64,000 nucleotides of DNA. It comes from Octopus sinensis (taxonomy: Eukaryota). Numbering within the stretch: position 1 is the first letter of the stretch; every line of letters starts with the position of its first letter. The notes beneath the pieces were generated by a model that saw only the letters and a list, made by a program, of their open reading frames with translations, had not been told where the DNA came from and ran no database searches. A program made the translations under genes and the position numbers. Location of the stretch: NCBI RefSeq assembly GCF_006345805.1, contig NC_043013.1, positions 54,808,001 to 54,872,000 of the forward strand, in the 5' to 3' direction. Below are positions 39,301-51,387 of this stretch, one piece after another.

Positions 39301-40904
39301 AGTTTTTTATGAGCCAAAACAAGTTGACTCAAGTTGACTCAAGCCATATGATAGATAGTGAGTTGACAGAAACCATTGTGGATGGACATAAGTGTTCACC
39401 GTTGTTGGACTTAATCAGTCTCATGGTTTCACACCACATTAAGGTTCTCAGTTTAACACTAGTTTTACTTCAAGACTTAACCCTAATTGTTTCAAGTGTT
39501 CTATAGCTCTGTCTAGAGCTGAACCCTACCATGCCCAGTATATTATATGAGGTGAGACAATGTATTACGCTTGAAATCTAGTAAGCTAGAGCAGAGATGG
39601 ATGAAGTGGACCCAGCTGTCACACATCACTTGCTATTTCTTTCTGTTTATATTTAATAAAGATTTCCCCAGTGACATTTGTATAGACTTTGCAAGACATC
39701 TTAGCAAGTCCAACAGAAGAAACAAATAGTTGTTTTGATAGAGTTTAAGAGTACAGGTTTCCCTTTTAAGATGACTGTTACCAGGCTCCAGTCATCTTTT
39801 TTGGCTTGGTTTCTGTGGATGAACGTTCTTCCTAATGTCAACCACTTTACAGAGTGTACAGGGTGCTTTTTACATGGTACCAGCATCAAAATCCTTTTTA
39901 AGTTTATTGGTTGTTATGAAATAAAGTCATGCACTAGTGCATGTATACATTACAAAACCATGTCAACCGCCTGTAGTATTAACAAAACATTGAAACATAC
40001 AAGCCAGGTATGTTTCTGGAAACTCTGATTTAGGTTACAATTTCTCTTTCACTGTCAAAAAATAAACAATATTTTTGTGTTGAGTGATGGTATATTTTTA
40101 CCCTCAATTTTTACATAATAACTTATAATTTTTACACATTAGTTCTTCCAAAAATTACAGAAAATAAAAATTTTGCATTAAAGTAAACAGCTCACTAAGT
40201 GAAAATATTTACAATAAATGGATAATTTTTATTACAGTCATGGGAAAAGTTAATGATTTCTTGTAAATATTACGATGGAAAAAGTTATAATTTTTCTCAA
40301 TAATGTTATGGGTTCCAGGCTATTTTAGATAAAATCACAAAACCATTCCTGTAAAATCTTGGAGATATTCAGTGAGTAAAATGGGAATTTGATTATTAGT
40401 TATTTCATATTTTCTTTAGAGTTTATTCTGAAATAAATTGATAGCAAAATTAGTTTTTATCTTAAACTGCATATACAATAATTTCATCAATATTCTCTCA
40501 AAGATTACAGCTTAAAGTGTAAAAACTAAAAGAAGAAAATAACTTTATCAAATACCAAAAATAAACCTGAATTATAAAAAAATTTCCCTGCCAGTTACGA
40601 TGCTTATTTTGAAATTTATAAGTAAACAGAGTCAAAGAATCCTCTTAAAAATGAAAAAATGATGAAATATAAAATTTCATGATGCAAAAAGCACAGAAAA
40701 TCAGGAGTAAAAGGTAAGTATGAATATTTATGAAATTACTAATAGTTTGTCTTATTGAATCTAATTTGTTTAAAGTAATTGTCTGGAGACAACACAAAAA
40801 ATTGCTTCTCTGTAATGCACCACATTTTAAAGTACATAAATTTTGGTTTCTGAACAATAAAACAACAAAAAAAAATGACAAATAAAAAAGATCAATTACG
40901 TGTG

Positions 40905-41095
40905 TGTGTGTGTGTGTGTGTAGTTGGAATTTACAAAAAAACAAAAGACGAAGGCAGGTGTGCAAACTATAAACAGGTGTATTAGTTTAACGCTTGAGAA
41001 GTGAGAAAGTCTTTTCCGTTTCGAGCCTATGCTTTTCGACAGAAAGGAACACAGAAATAAGCAGAGAGAGAAAATAAGAAAGGTTTAGAGGCTAG
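40905..41095 (-). mobile_element. Penelope-like terminal repeat with an HHR-like motif
   Basis: minus strand CTTTCTGTCGAAAAGCATAGGCTCGAAACGGAAAAG; same family as 13032-13215. Confidence 0.6.
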
Positions 41096-41127
41096 CGATC
41101 TATCATATATATATGTATAGATGTATA

Positions 41128-41164
<37 letters not shown>

Positions 41165-41175
41165 GTATGTATATA

Positions 41176-41330
41176 CAGGATGTGTAAGGCATTTGAGGAC
41201 ATATATTTTTTGGGTCATTGCTGCATTTTCTGCTAACTCTGTATTATCTTTGTTTCAGATAAAAATGGCAGACTTTCAACTTAATCAAGAAATGAAGAGG
41301 CATGCTGTTATTGTGGTTATAGAGGCCGAG
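41176..41330 (+). mobile_element. 5' fragment of a mariner-like (maT/DD37D-like) transposon
   Basis: TA|CAGGATGT terminus; ATG at 41265 gives MADFQLNQEMKRHAVIVVIEAE; truncated by a SINE C fragment. Confidence 0.55.
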
Positions 41331-41789
41331 CAAAGTACCAGTTGCGTACTGGGGTAGACCTAATCAACAGGCCCCTCCCTCAAAATTTCAGGCCTTGTGC
41401 CTAGAGTGGAAAAGAATATTGCTGTGGCTGCTGTTTTTATGTAATTCTGCCAAAACAGTTCCGTGGAGATATAGAGGCCCAATTCTAGTGACTCTTTGAG
41501 TCAGCCTGGCTTCTTTGCTTCAACTGAGGCTGGACACCAGACAGAATCAATAAGTTTAAAGGAACAGACTGGAAAGTGGAAGAAATACCACATCATTGTC
41601 AGACACTAATGCAACATGTTATATGATCACTCTGTGCAGGTTAGTGTAAGCAGTGGCATTCATAGCCACGTCAGCTGATGATATGCAGTCACTCAAGCTG
41701 TATGACTGTACGTTTACATAGAGTTGACAGAAACTACACATCACGCGCACACACACATATATACCAGCATGGAATCTCTTCACCTAGAG

Positions 41790-42100
41790 CATAGGTTCTC
41801 AAAGTGGGTGCTACTGCCACCCCAACCCCGTGGGCATTGAGACAGTTTAGGTGGGAGCTGCTGCCTAAGGGTGCAGCAGAGAAAAAGGAGGCACTGGGAG
41901 GAAGGGGTCGCTATGAATTTATTATTTTATAGTATTGTATACAGATTATATAATATTATATTAAATATCAAATAATTCATAGTATATATAAATTAGTAAA
42001 ATACAAAATATTTATTTCTACATAAAAATAGGGGTGGGGATGCTGACAGTATTATCTGGCTATGAGGGGGACGGTGGCCCAAAAAGTTTGAGAACCTCTG
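41790..42100. mobile_element. hAT (Charlie-like) MITE
   Basis: TIRs CATAGGTTCTCAAA / TTTGAGAACCTCTG (13/14 match); flanking 8-mers ACCTAGAG and CCCTAAGA resemble decayed nnCTAGAn target sites. Confidence 0.7.
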
Positions 42101-42529
42101 CCCTAAGAGAAATAATTTGCTTGTTATATAATACAATTACGTCCAGGAAGTATTCTCACATTTGCATCCATGACTTCACATTCCATTTTTGTCATAATCT
42201 CACTGAAGCAAACATCTCTTGATGCAGGTCACTTGGTATCAGTGATACTTCACAGCTAAACAACTCAACAGATCTCATGTCATTGCACATAAAACATTCT
42301 CTTGTTATGGAATTACATTTCAACATCAAAGATGAATCTGTAACAATATCAAAGCAACATGATTGGGGTTTTGTCTTTGCACATATTTTTTTCAAAGTCA
42401 CTCTAGTCTGCACGAAATACGTTTCTTTGTTCAGATTATCACACCTAAAACTGCAATTTTATCATTTTAAGTTTCTGTCTGTGTGTCTGTGAGAAAAAAA
42501 AAATTTGAAGGTCTGCTTTGGGTTGTTTT

Positions 42530-42813
42530 TTATTCTTACTTGTTTCAATCATTAGATTGTAGCCATGCTGGGGCACTGCATTGAAGAATTTCTAGTCGAA
42601 TGTATTGACCCCAGCTCTTATATTTTTAAAACCTGGTATTTATTTTATCACTCTCATTTCCTGAACTACTAAGTTAAGGGGACATAAACACACCAGCACT
42701 AGTTGTCAAGTGGTGGGTGGCTGGATAAACACAGACACAAAGAGACTCACATATGGATGTATATATATATATATATATAAATGTAATATATATATATATA
42801 TATATATAAATGT

Positions 42814-42844
<31 letters not shown>

Positions 42845-42965
42845 GTAATATATATATATATATATATATAAATGTAGGATAGTAGTACAACAAAGTACCA
42901 ATATCAACTGGAAATAGCAGTTGATAATATACAACATTATAGTAAAGCTTCACTGTATATATATA

Positions 42966-42996
<31 letters not shown>

Positions 42997-43450
42997 CTGG
43001 CAAAAATGTTTGCGGGTGGTGAACATGAAAAATTTCATTTTACCTGTGGATAACCTTGGACCTAGGTTTCGAACTTTCCAAATTATGTTTGTTAACATAA
43101 ATTTGATTAGTTGTCATCAGTTAGAATCACCTCGACAAAACTTCAAATGTCGTTACATCAATGCCAGCATTTACTCACCTGAATGCCTGGCCGTTAACAG
43201 ACCGAGAACAGTGAAAAAGTTTACAAAGAAAAAATGATTAAATAGTGCAATACAAGACTATTGCTTCCAAGTAAAACAAAGCACCACCAGGATAAAGCAC
43301 AAATATGTATATATGTTGGGCTTCTTTCAATTTCTGCCTACTAAATCCACCCACAAGAGTTTGGTCAACCCAAGGCTATAGTAGCAGACACTTGCCCAAG
43401 CTGCCACACAGTGGTTGGGAAGTGAGTTTTTTACCACATGGCCACGCATG
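42530..43450 (-). mobile_element. SINE family A in two pieces (42530-42760 and 43300-43450) separated by other sequence
   Basis: both pieces align to family A in order. Confidence 0.55.
42760..42878. repeat. Higher-order minisatellite [(TA)n-AATGTAA] x4
   Basis: TAAATGTAA recurs about every 29-33 bp within TA runs. Confidence 0.85.
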
Positions 43451-43904
43451 TGACATATATGTATATATGTACATTCATTTTAAGTCAGTTTTTTCCATGC
43501 TGCGATGGGTTTGAGAAGTATAATTTTGAACTATTATCTACAGCTGGAGGCCCTTCCTGTCACTAACCCTTGCTGTTTTTCAAGTAAGGGATGTTCATAT
43601 GTCTTCTAAAGCATTAAACTAGCAGATGGTTTGTTGCTTGGGGATAAGAAATCAATGTCACAGCTTGTTGGGCAAAATTTGGACAGGTGCAAATGTGGAT
43701 ACACATGCATGTATACACACACACACACATGCACAAATACACACAATCTTGGAGCCTGTATGTTGTCAGAGATGGTGGTTTTGATACTACATTCTGTAAA
43801 TATTTAGTGCTAAATATATGTAACTCAAAGTAATTGTGTAATGAAAGGATTTCAACATTGATAAAAATAATATCAGGTTTCACTTCACTGATTGAACTTG
43901 ACTG

Positions 43905-43937
<33 letters not shown>

Positions 43938-44104
43938 TATATAACATATAAATAATGATGTTTAAAAGTATGGGAAAGATATATGAATTTCAACTAATGC
44001 ATACATATTTATATTTACATATGTATGTCTATGAAATAAAATTAAAGTATATATTTGAATGATATTTCAAGAAATACACACACAGCACACAATATCTATC
44101 TCCC

Positions 44105-44116
44105 ACTCTCTCTCTC

Positions 44117-44170
<54 letters not shown>

Positions 44171-44177
44171 TATATAT

Positions 44178-44230
<53 letters not shown>
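44105..44230. repeat. (CT)n-(TA)n-(GA)n compound microsatellite (self-complementary arms)
   Basis: directly visible. Confidence 0.95.
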
Positions 44231-44232
<2 letters not shown>

Positions 44233-46294
44233 AATAGATAGATACAAATTTATAGTAACTTATGTTTCTTTGGCACTGTATGACAGACACAAATTTGCTG
44301 ACATGGAAATGGGTGGGTTATACATAATTTTTATCGCTTCACTGACTAAATTTACCTGTAATCTATATTAAAGCAAATATGTAATGACCTTTCATGTTTT
44401 GTGAAGAAATATTAATGTTACTTCTGTGAAATGTTTAGAAAGAGAATTATAGTTTAAATAAAAGTATTTCAACTTTGAAGTAAATAATGTCGTATCGCAT
44501 CACTTATTAAAATAAACTGAAATGGACAAAGAATAATGTTTTATAGGAATAAATATGAATGGGAATTAATGAAGACTGTATATGAAATTTGAGGAATGGA
44601 TACATTTGAATGCCATCCGCAACTGCATGGTCTCGGGCTTAATTCCATTGTGTGGCACCTTGGGTAAGTGTCACCTTCTTCTATAACTTTGGGTTAACCA
44701 ATGTCTTGTGAGTGGAATTGATTGGTGGACCCTGAAAGAAACCTGTTGTATGAATGTATATGTGTGTGTGTGTTTGTGCATGTGCTTGTGTCACCATCAT
44801 ACAAGTGGTATCATTTTTTTTTTGTAATCTTCTGGAGGAACATGTCTAGCCATGGAGTAATGTAGCCTTCTATGGAATCAAGTGTATGTTGGCAACAAGA
44901 AGAGCATCCATTTGTGGAAAATCTGCCAGAATGAACTTGGTCTGACCCATGTAAGTATGGAACAGTGGACATTAAAGCAATGATGACTATGAAGCTGCTG
45001 CTGCTGCTGACGATGATGATGATGATGATGATGAGGAGGAGGAGGAGGGGAGGAAGAGGAAGAGGGCATGCTGTTACCAACTCGCAACAACCTTAAACTG
45101 AATAACTTTCAGTGGCTATGTAGCAATCTTAGATATATTGAAAAATATTTAGTAATAGAAATTTATAGAAATTAATATATTTTTCATTTTCAAGTGTGAT
45201 AGCCATGATTTTGAGAGAATCAAAGTGACATAGAAAGAGCGAGTGGGGCAATAGATAGCTAGAAAGATATATGTGCATACATTGTATACAAATACATAGT
45301 TAATGTAACCAGTTAGCCAATGCCAACATCTCATTTATAGAAAGTCATCCTATACTGATATACAAGCATTTTCCTTTTAACCATAGCTATAGAGAACTAT
45401 CGACACAAACATAAGTTAGATATAGTTGCACCATGACCAAGAAAAAACTAAGCAGACAAGCTCATTCAGGGACCCACAAGACAAATACAACATTCCAGCA
45501 TGGTAAATGATTAAGTTGTTGACGATGATTACAATTATGATGACAGTGATGTAGAAGCAATAATTTATGAGACAGATTTCACTTTTATTGAACACAAATA
45601 AATGGCCTGACAGGAGGAAAATTTGAACAAAGATTTCAGAATCACACATCTTCCTTTAAAACTCAAGTATGAAAAGAAAGCACTTCAAACTTAGCCAACA
45701 ATAGTTGGTTCAAACTTGATGTTGAATAGATGAAGCTGGAAAGATTTAGGGCCCTGCCAAATTGGAACAAAATGTTGAAGCCTGTGCACAGTAGAGAAGA
45801 AGGGAACCCTCAAATAAAGTCACTGCTAGCAATATTCCCATGTGAACACCAGTTTAAACATACTCTATTTTCTGAAAGCATTCACATTCACACATACACA
45901 AATGCTTTAATGCACACACATTCTCCAAAAATAGCAATACCAGTTTTGTTACCTGCTCAAATTTTATGACGACAAACTTAGAAAAGAAAAGAGAACTAAA
46001 GCCTAGAGATTAAAATTACATAAATTATATCTTTTAATGGTCTTACTCCTTCATCAGATACAAATTCTGTTGGTGGAATCTGGCAGACAGGAGTTGACCA
46101 TACTTTTGATGAGTTCAAAGAGTAAAGTGATATTTCAGTCGCAAATTTCAAATTAAATTAACAATTCTCATTTCAAAAAAATAAAAAAGTAAACCAATGC
46201 TAATTACATAATTCAAATTCACATATGCAGTTTCACAATTCATTAATGTAATTTTTTTTTTTTTTCATTCACTTTAAACTTTGCAAGAATTACA

Positions 46295-46505
46295 AGAAAT
46301 GTTAAGAATATTGAACAAAATGCTTTGTGGCATTTCTTCCACCTGTCTTTATGTTCTGAGTTCAAATTCTGCCAAGGTTAACTTTGTCTTTCACCCTTTT
46401 GGGGATGAAAAAATAAAGAACCTGTCAAGTATTAGACGTCAATGCCACTGACTTGCCCCTTCCCTCAAAAATTACTGGCCTTGTGCAAAAATTAGAAACA
46501 ATTAT
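46295..46505 (+). mobile_element. SINE family C, decayed
   Basis: TTCTGAGTTCAAATTCTGCCAAGGTTAACTTTGTCTTTCACCC. Confidence 0.75.
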
Positions 46506-47984
46506 TGTTGTTGTTGACATCAATACTTTTATTCAAATTTGCTATTTTGAAAGATATTTTTTTATTCCATGTATATTCAATTCCATTTTAAATAAAAATT
46601 TAAAATACCTCTTTCAGTTTCTCTCTCAATTTCTTAGAGAAATAAATCTAAATGTCTATTCATTTAACAATACGTAAGCTAACACACATAGATTACCAAT
46701 GTTATATTTTCAATATGAAGTCTAACATCTTAAGAAGTAAATACACAATTTATTGAATCAGCCAGCTTAATACTTATAATAAAGTCACATTACAGTAATA
46801 GACAAATTTCTATTTGACTAGAAGCCTTTTTGCATTTGTTCAAAACTCGTAGGTATGCTAAACATTGACGTTATTATGTAAATTCTTTAACATTTCTTAA
46901 TTAAAAAAAGCAATTTTAACAAAGCAATATTGACGTTCTCTTACATTGATATAAATTAATAATTTACATTTTATTTTCCTGATCACGACTACCAACACCA
47001 TCCCCCCATTATATAATGACATTATCATTTCATAGGATATTAAAATACTTCATTAAAGTTATTTCCTCTTTAGTGATTTTTATATTTTTACTTACTGAAT
47101 TCAATATATTTAGAAATAAATTATTTTATTTTCATTCTTATAGTTTATTCATTACAATTTCTAATGTTTAATTTTATGTAAGAAATAAACATATTATTTC
47201 TTATAATCAAAAACTAGTGGCAAGCAATGTCTTTCTTCACTCAAGTATTTAAACTAATACATCAAGAGAAGTTGAATGCCAGCAATAGCTAAATTAATTT
47301 CAAGAATTAGGAAAAAAGAGAATGTGTTAATAGAATTTAAAATACTCATAAAATAAAATATTTATTGCGATACAGTTATGCATGTACTGACTAAAAGCAA
47401 ATTTCCACAATTAGAATTTTTCATGTTTGAATAGATTTTTTTCTTCTTCTTTACAATAATTGAACATACATAATAATTTTATTTTCTTATCACATAATGG
47501 ACACATTACAATATATTTACTTAGGATTTTTATAGAAATATTAGAACTTATAAATTATGCATATGACCACAGATGTCTATTGACCATCCTCGGTTATCTT
47601 TCTATATCAATGTCTTTCTATTCAGTTTTGTATTGATATAGCCATCAGCTGATTCTTCTATTTAGCTGGTCAGTTAGTCATCAACTTATCTGTCTGTCTA
47701 TCTTTCACACATATTTACACACACACACACACACATACACACACATGTACACATGTTTATAAACACACACACACACACACCTGCACCAACCCATTTATCA
47801 TTATTGTAAATAAGTGTGTATGTATTCTAAATTATATTCTCATGTAGATATCTGCTTTTAGCTGATAACAATATAATGATATATGCTGCTTTGAAAATAT
47901 CACGATCTATTGTTAATGATAAATACTCTGTACGATAAACACAAACGATACAACACTTGATAAGATATACACTTCTCAAAGGGT

Positions 47985-48300
47985 TGTGTGGTCGAGTGGT
48001 GAGAGGCTTGTTTCCCAGTCACATGGTTCCAGGTTCGGTTCCACTGCATGGTGGTACCTTTGGTAAGTGTCTTTTGCTAAGACTTCTGAATGGATTTGGT
48101 AGATGGTAACTGTAAAGAAGCCTGTTATATATATGTGTATGTGTGTGTGTGTGTTTATGTTTGTATTTGTTCACTGCCAACACTTGACAACTAGCATTGG
48201 TATGTTTACATCCCTGTAACATTACAGTTTGACAAAAGGGACCAATAGAATAAGGGCCAGGCTTAAAATGAAATAACTCTTGGAGTTGATTTCATTTGAC
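47985..48300 (+). mobile_element. SINE family A, decayed with internal deletion
   Basis: CACATGGTTCCAGGTTCGGTTCC...GGATTTGGTAGATGG...CACTTGACAAC. Confidence 0.75.
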
Positions 48301-48339
48301 AAATTTTAGAATTTGAAAGACCCAAGTTAATAGTAACTG

Positions 48340-48445
48340 AATAATAATAATTATAATAATAATAATAATGATAATAATAATAGTGATAATAATAATAATG
48401 ATAATAATAATAATAATGATGATGATGATAATAATAATAATAGTT
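48340..48445. repeat. (ATA)n/(ATG)n trinucleotide microsatellite
   Basis: directly visible. Confidence 0.9.
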
Positions 48446-49206
48446 GTTGTTCTTGTTTTGTTGTTGTTAATTTAGGCCCACACTTTTCACTGTGAATTAA
48501 TACAGGAAATACTCTGTAACAATAAAATATGATTTTTAAATATTTCCAACAGCATCAACAGATCAAATTATGATATTAATTAATGTTATCGCCAGATTGG
48601 TTATAGATTTATGAGAAAAGTAATTAACGTTATGAATAAACTACTTAGAATTTAATGCAAATGATATGACATTAAAAGCATGAACATTTGAGACAGAAAA
48701 GAGTGATGAGCTAGCATCAGTGGAGCGGCTGTTGCTGTTCTCAGTGGCAAACGGCGGCTTGCAATATTGAATAGCAATGTAATTAATACTTGGCTTTTAT
48801 TTTTTTCAAAATAAATTCTTCAAAGTTAAAGAGATTTTAAAAGTTAACGACCTACAAATGTCACAGCAGATAAAACTATTCTTTTATTCTTTTATTACTA
48901 ATTTTAGTACCTGTATAGTTGTGGCCAAGCTGGAATGCAACCTTCAATGGGGTTTTTTGTCAATAATTGAACCCCAATATTTTCACTGATGGTTCCCTTA
49001 ATGATCTCATGGGAGATGAAAGGCAAAGTTTGAAACAGAATAAAGGGATGTAATCCAAATGAAACTGAACAACATGAAGTGTATTTTTTGATGCACTTCA
49101 ATTATGATCACTCATCCGTCATTGATACACACACACACACACATGCATATACATCAATCTACCTACCTACCTACCTACATAAATATATATATATATATAT
49201 ATATAT

Positions 49207-49555
49207 GAAGGCGCATGGCTCAGTGGTTAGAGCGTCGAGCTAACGATCGTGAGGTTGTGAGCTTGAATCCCGGACCGGGCTGCATGTTGTGTTCTTGAGC
49301 AAGACACTTTATTTCACGTTGCTTCAGTTCACTCAGCTGTAGAAATGAGTTGCAACGTCACTGGTGCCAAGCTGTATCGACCTTTGTCTTTCCCTTGGAT
49401 AACACTGGTGGCGTGGAGAGGGGAGGCTGGTATGCATGGGTGACTGCTGGTCTTCCATAAACAACCTAGCCCGGACTTGTGTCTAGGAGGGTAACTTTCT
49501 AGGTGCAATCCCATGGTCATTCATGACCGAAGGGGGTCTGTACCCTTTACCCTTT
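49207..49555 (+). mobile_element. SINE family B (tRNA-CORE), young, copy 1
   Basis: A box TGGCTCAGTGG; CORE-like GTGTTCTTGAGCAAGACACTTTATTTCAC...CACTCAGCTGTAGAAATGAG; CpG-rich; ACCCTTT tail repeat. Confidence 0.9.
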
Positions 49556-49565
49556 ATATATATAT

Positions 49566-49818
49566 AGAAACGTTAGCGCGCCGGACGAAAAAGGCGGCGA
49601 GCTGGCAGAAACGTTAGCGCGCCGGACGAAATGCTTAACGGTATTTCGTCTGCCGCTATGTTGTGAGTTCAAATTCCGCCGAGGTCGACTTTGCCTTTCA
49701 TCCTTTCGGGGTCGATAAATTAAGTACCAGTTACGCACTGGGGTCGATGTAATCGACTTAATCCGTTTGTCTGTCCTTGTTTGTCCCCCCTGTGTTTAGC
49801 CCCTTGAGGGTAGTAAAG

Positions 49819-49822
<4 letters not shown>
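49566..49822 (+). mobile_element. SINE family C, young, copy 1 (with 25-bp 5' duplication)
   Basis: GGCGGCGAGCTGGCAGAAACG head, B box GAGTTCAAATTCC, GTCGACTTTGCCTTTCATCCTTTCGGGGTCGATAAA core. Confidence 0.9.
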
Positions 49823-49854
<32 letters not shown>

Positions 49855-49857
<3 letters not shown>

Positions 49858-50203
49858 GGCGCATGGCTCAGTGGTTAGAGCGTCGAGCTAACGATCGTGA
49901 GGTTGTGAGCTTGAATCCCGGACCGGGCTGCATGTTGTGTTCTTGAGCAAGACACTTTATTTCACGTTGCTTCAGTTCACTCAGCTGTAGAAATGAGTTG
50001 CAACGTCACTGGTGCCAAGCTGTATTGACCTTTGTCTTTCCCTTGGATAACACTGGTGGCGTGGAGAGGGGAGGCTGGTATGCATGGGTGACTGCTGGTC
50101 TTCCATAAACAACCTAGCCCGGACTTGTGTCTAGGAGGGTAACTTTCTAGGTGCAATCCCATGGTCATTCATGACCGAAGGGGGTCTGTACCCTTTACCC
50201 TTT
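49855..50203 (+). mobile_element. SINE family B, copy 2 (tandem duplicate)
   Basis: one substitution versus copy 1 (C49378 / T50026). Confidence 0.9.
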
Positions 50204-50215
50204 ATATATATATAT

Positions 50216-50472
50216 AGAAACGTTAGCGCGCCGGACGAAAAAGGCGGCGAGCTGGCAGAAACGTTAGCGCGCCGGACGAAATGCTTAACGGTATTTCGTC
50301 TGCCGCTATGTTGTGAGTTCAAATTCCGCCGAGGTCGACTTTGCCTTTCATCCTTTCGGGGTCGATAAATTAAGTACCAGTTACGCACTGGGGTCGATGT
50401 AATCGACTTAATCCGTTTGTCTGTCCTTGTTTGTCCCCCCTGTGTTTAGCCCCTTGAGGGTAGTAAAGAAAT
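50216..50472 (+). mobile_element. SINE family C, copy 2 (tandem duplicate)
   Basis: no difference found versus 49566-49822. Confidence 0.9.
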
Positions 50473-50504
50473 ATATATATATATATATATATGTATGTAT
50501 ATAT

Positions 50505-50709
50505 TTCAGCCTCCACCACTCGGCCCTAACTGGCTCCTGTGCTGGTGGCACGTAAAAAGCACTCACTACACTTTCGGAGTGGTTGGTGTAAGGAAGGGCA
50601 TCCAGTTGCAGAAACATTGCCAGATCAGATTGGAGCGTGTCCCCAGTTAAACCATGACAGCATGGAAAACAGACGTTAAATGATGATGATGATGATGATG
50701 ATGATGATG
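50505..50709 (+). mobile_element. SINE-like family D
   Basis: GGTGGCACGTAAAAAGCAC...GGAAGGGCATCCAG...GACGTTAAATGATGATG. Confidence 0.85.
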
Positions 50710-50734
50710 TTTATATATACATATATATATCTTA

Positions 50735-50920
50735 CAATTTTTATCTTTCACTTGTTTCAGTCATTGGACTGCAGCCATGCTGGTCAGACAGATTGACCCT
50801 AGTGCTTATTTTCTTCAAGCCTGAAACTTAGTCTGTTGCTCTCTTATGCCAAACTACTAAGTTACAACAACACAAACAAATGAACACCATTTATGAAGCA
50901 TTGTTGGGATACACACACAC
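50735..50920 (-). mobile_element. SINE family A, 3' half, decayed
   Basis: CACTTGTTTCAGTCATTGGACTGCAGCCATGCTGG. Confidence 0.65.
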
Positions 50921-50936
50921 ACACTCTCTCATGCAT

Positions 50937-51333
50937 GCAGGAGTAGTTGTGTGATAAGTAGCTTGCTTACCAACCACATGGTTCCGGGTTCAGTCCCACT
51001 ATGTGGCACCTTGGGCAAGTGTTTTGTACTATAGCCTCGGGCCAACCAAAGCCTTGTGAGTGGATTTGGTAGACAGAAACTGAAAGAAGCCTGTCGTATA
51101 TATATATGCATGTATGTGCTTGTTGTTTGTGTCTGTGTTTGTCTTTGCCACCATCGCTTGACAACCAATGCTGGTGTGTTTGCACCCCCATCACTTTGCA
51201 GTTTGGCAAAAGAAACCGATAGAATAAGTACTAGGATTACAAAGAATAAGTCCTGGGGTTGATTTACTCGACTAGAAGGCAGTGCTCCAGCATGGCTGCA
51301 ATCAAATGGCTGAAACAAATAAAAGAGTAAAAG
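50937..51333 (+). mobile_element. SINE family A, full length
   Basis: GCAGGAGTAGTTGTGTGATAAG head, GGTTCAGTCCC B box, CORE-like GCACCTTGGGCAAGTG, AAAAGAGT tail. Confidence 0.92.
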
Positions 51334-51387
51334 GGTACATCTGACCATACATACGTACACACATGAGCTTGTCATCGGGGTGAGCCT

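Noticed and set aside
39928-39943. Perfect 16-bp palindrome CATGCACTAGTGCATG
   Set aside because: About one such palindrome is expected by chance in 64 kb.
48701-48770. C/D box snoRNA (GTGATGA box C)
   Set aside because: No downstream CTGA D box or terminal stem.
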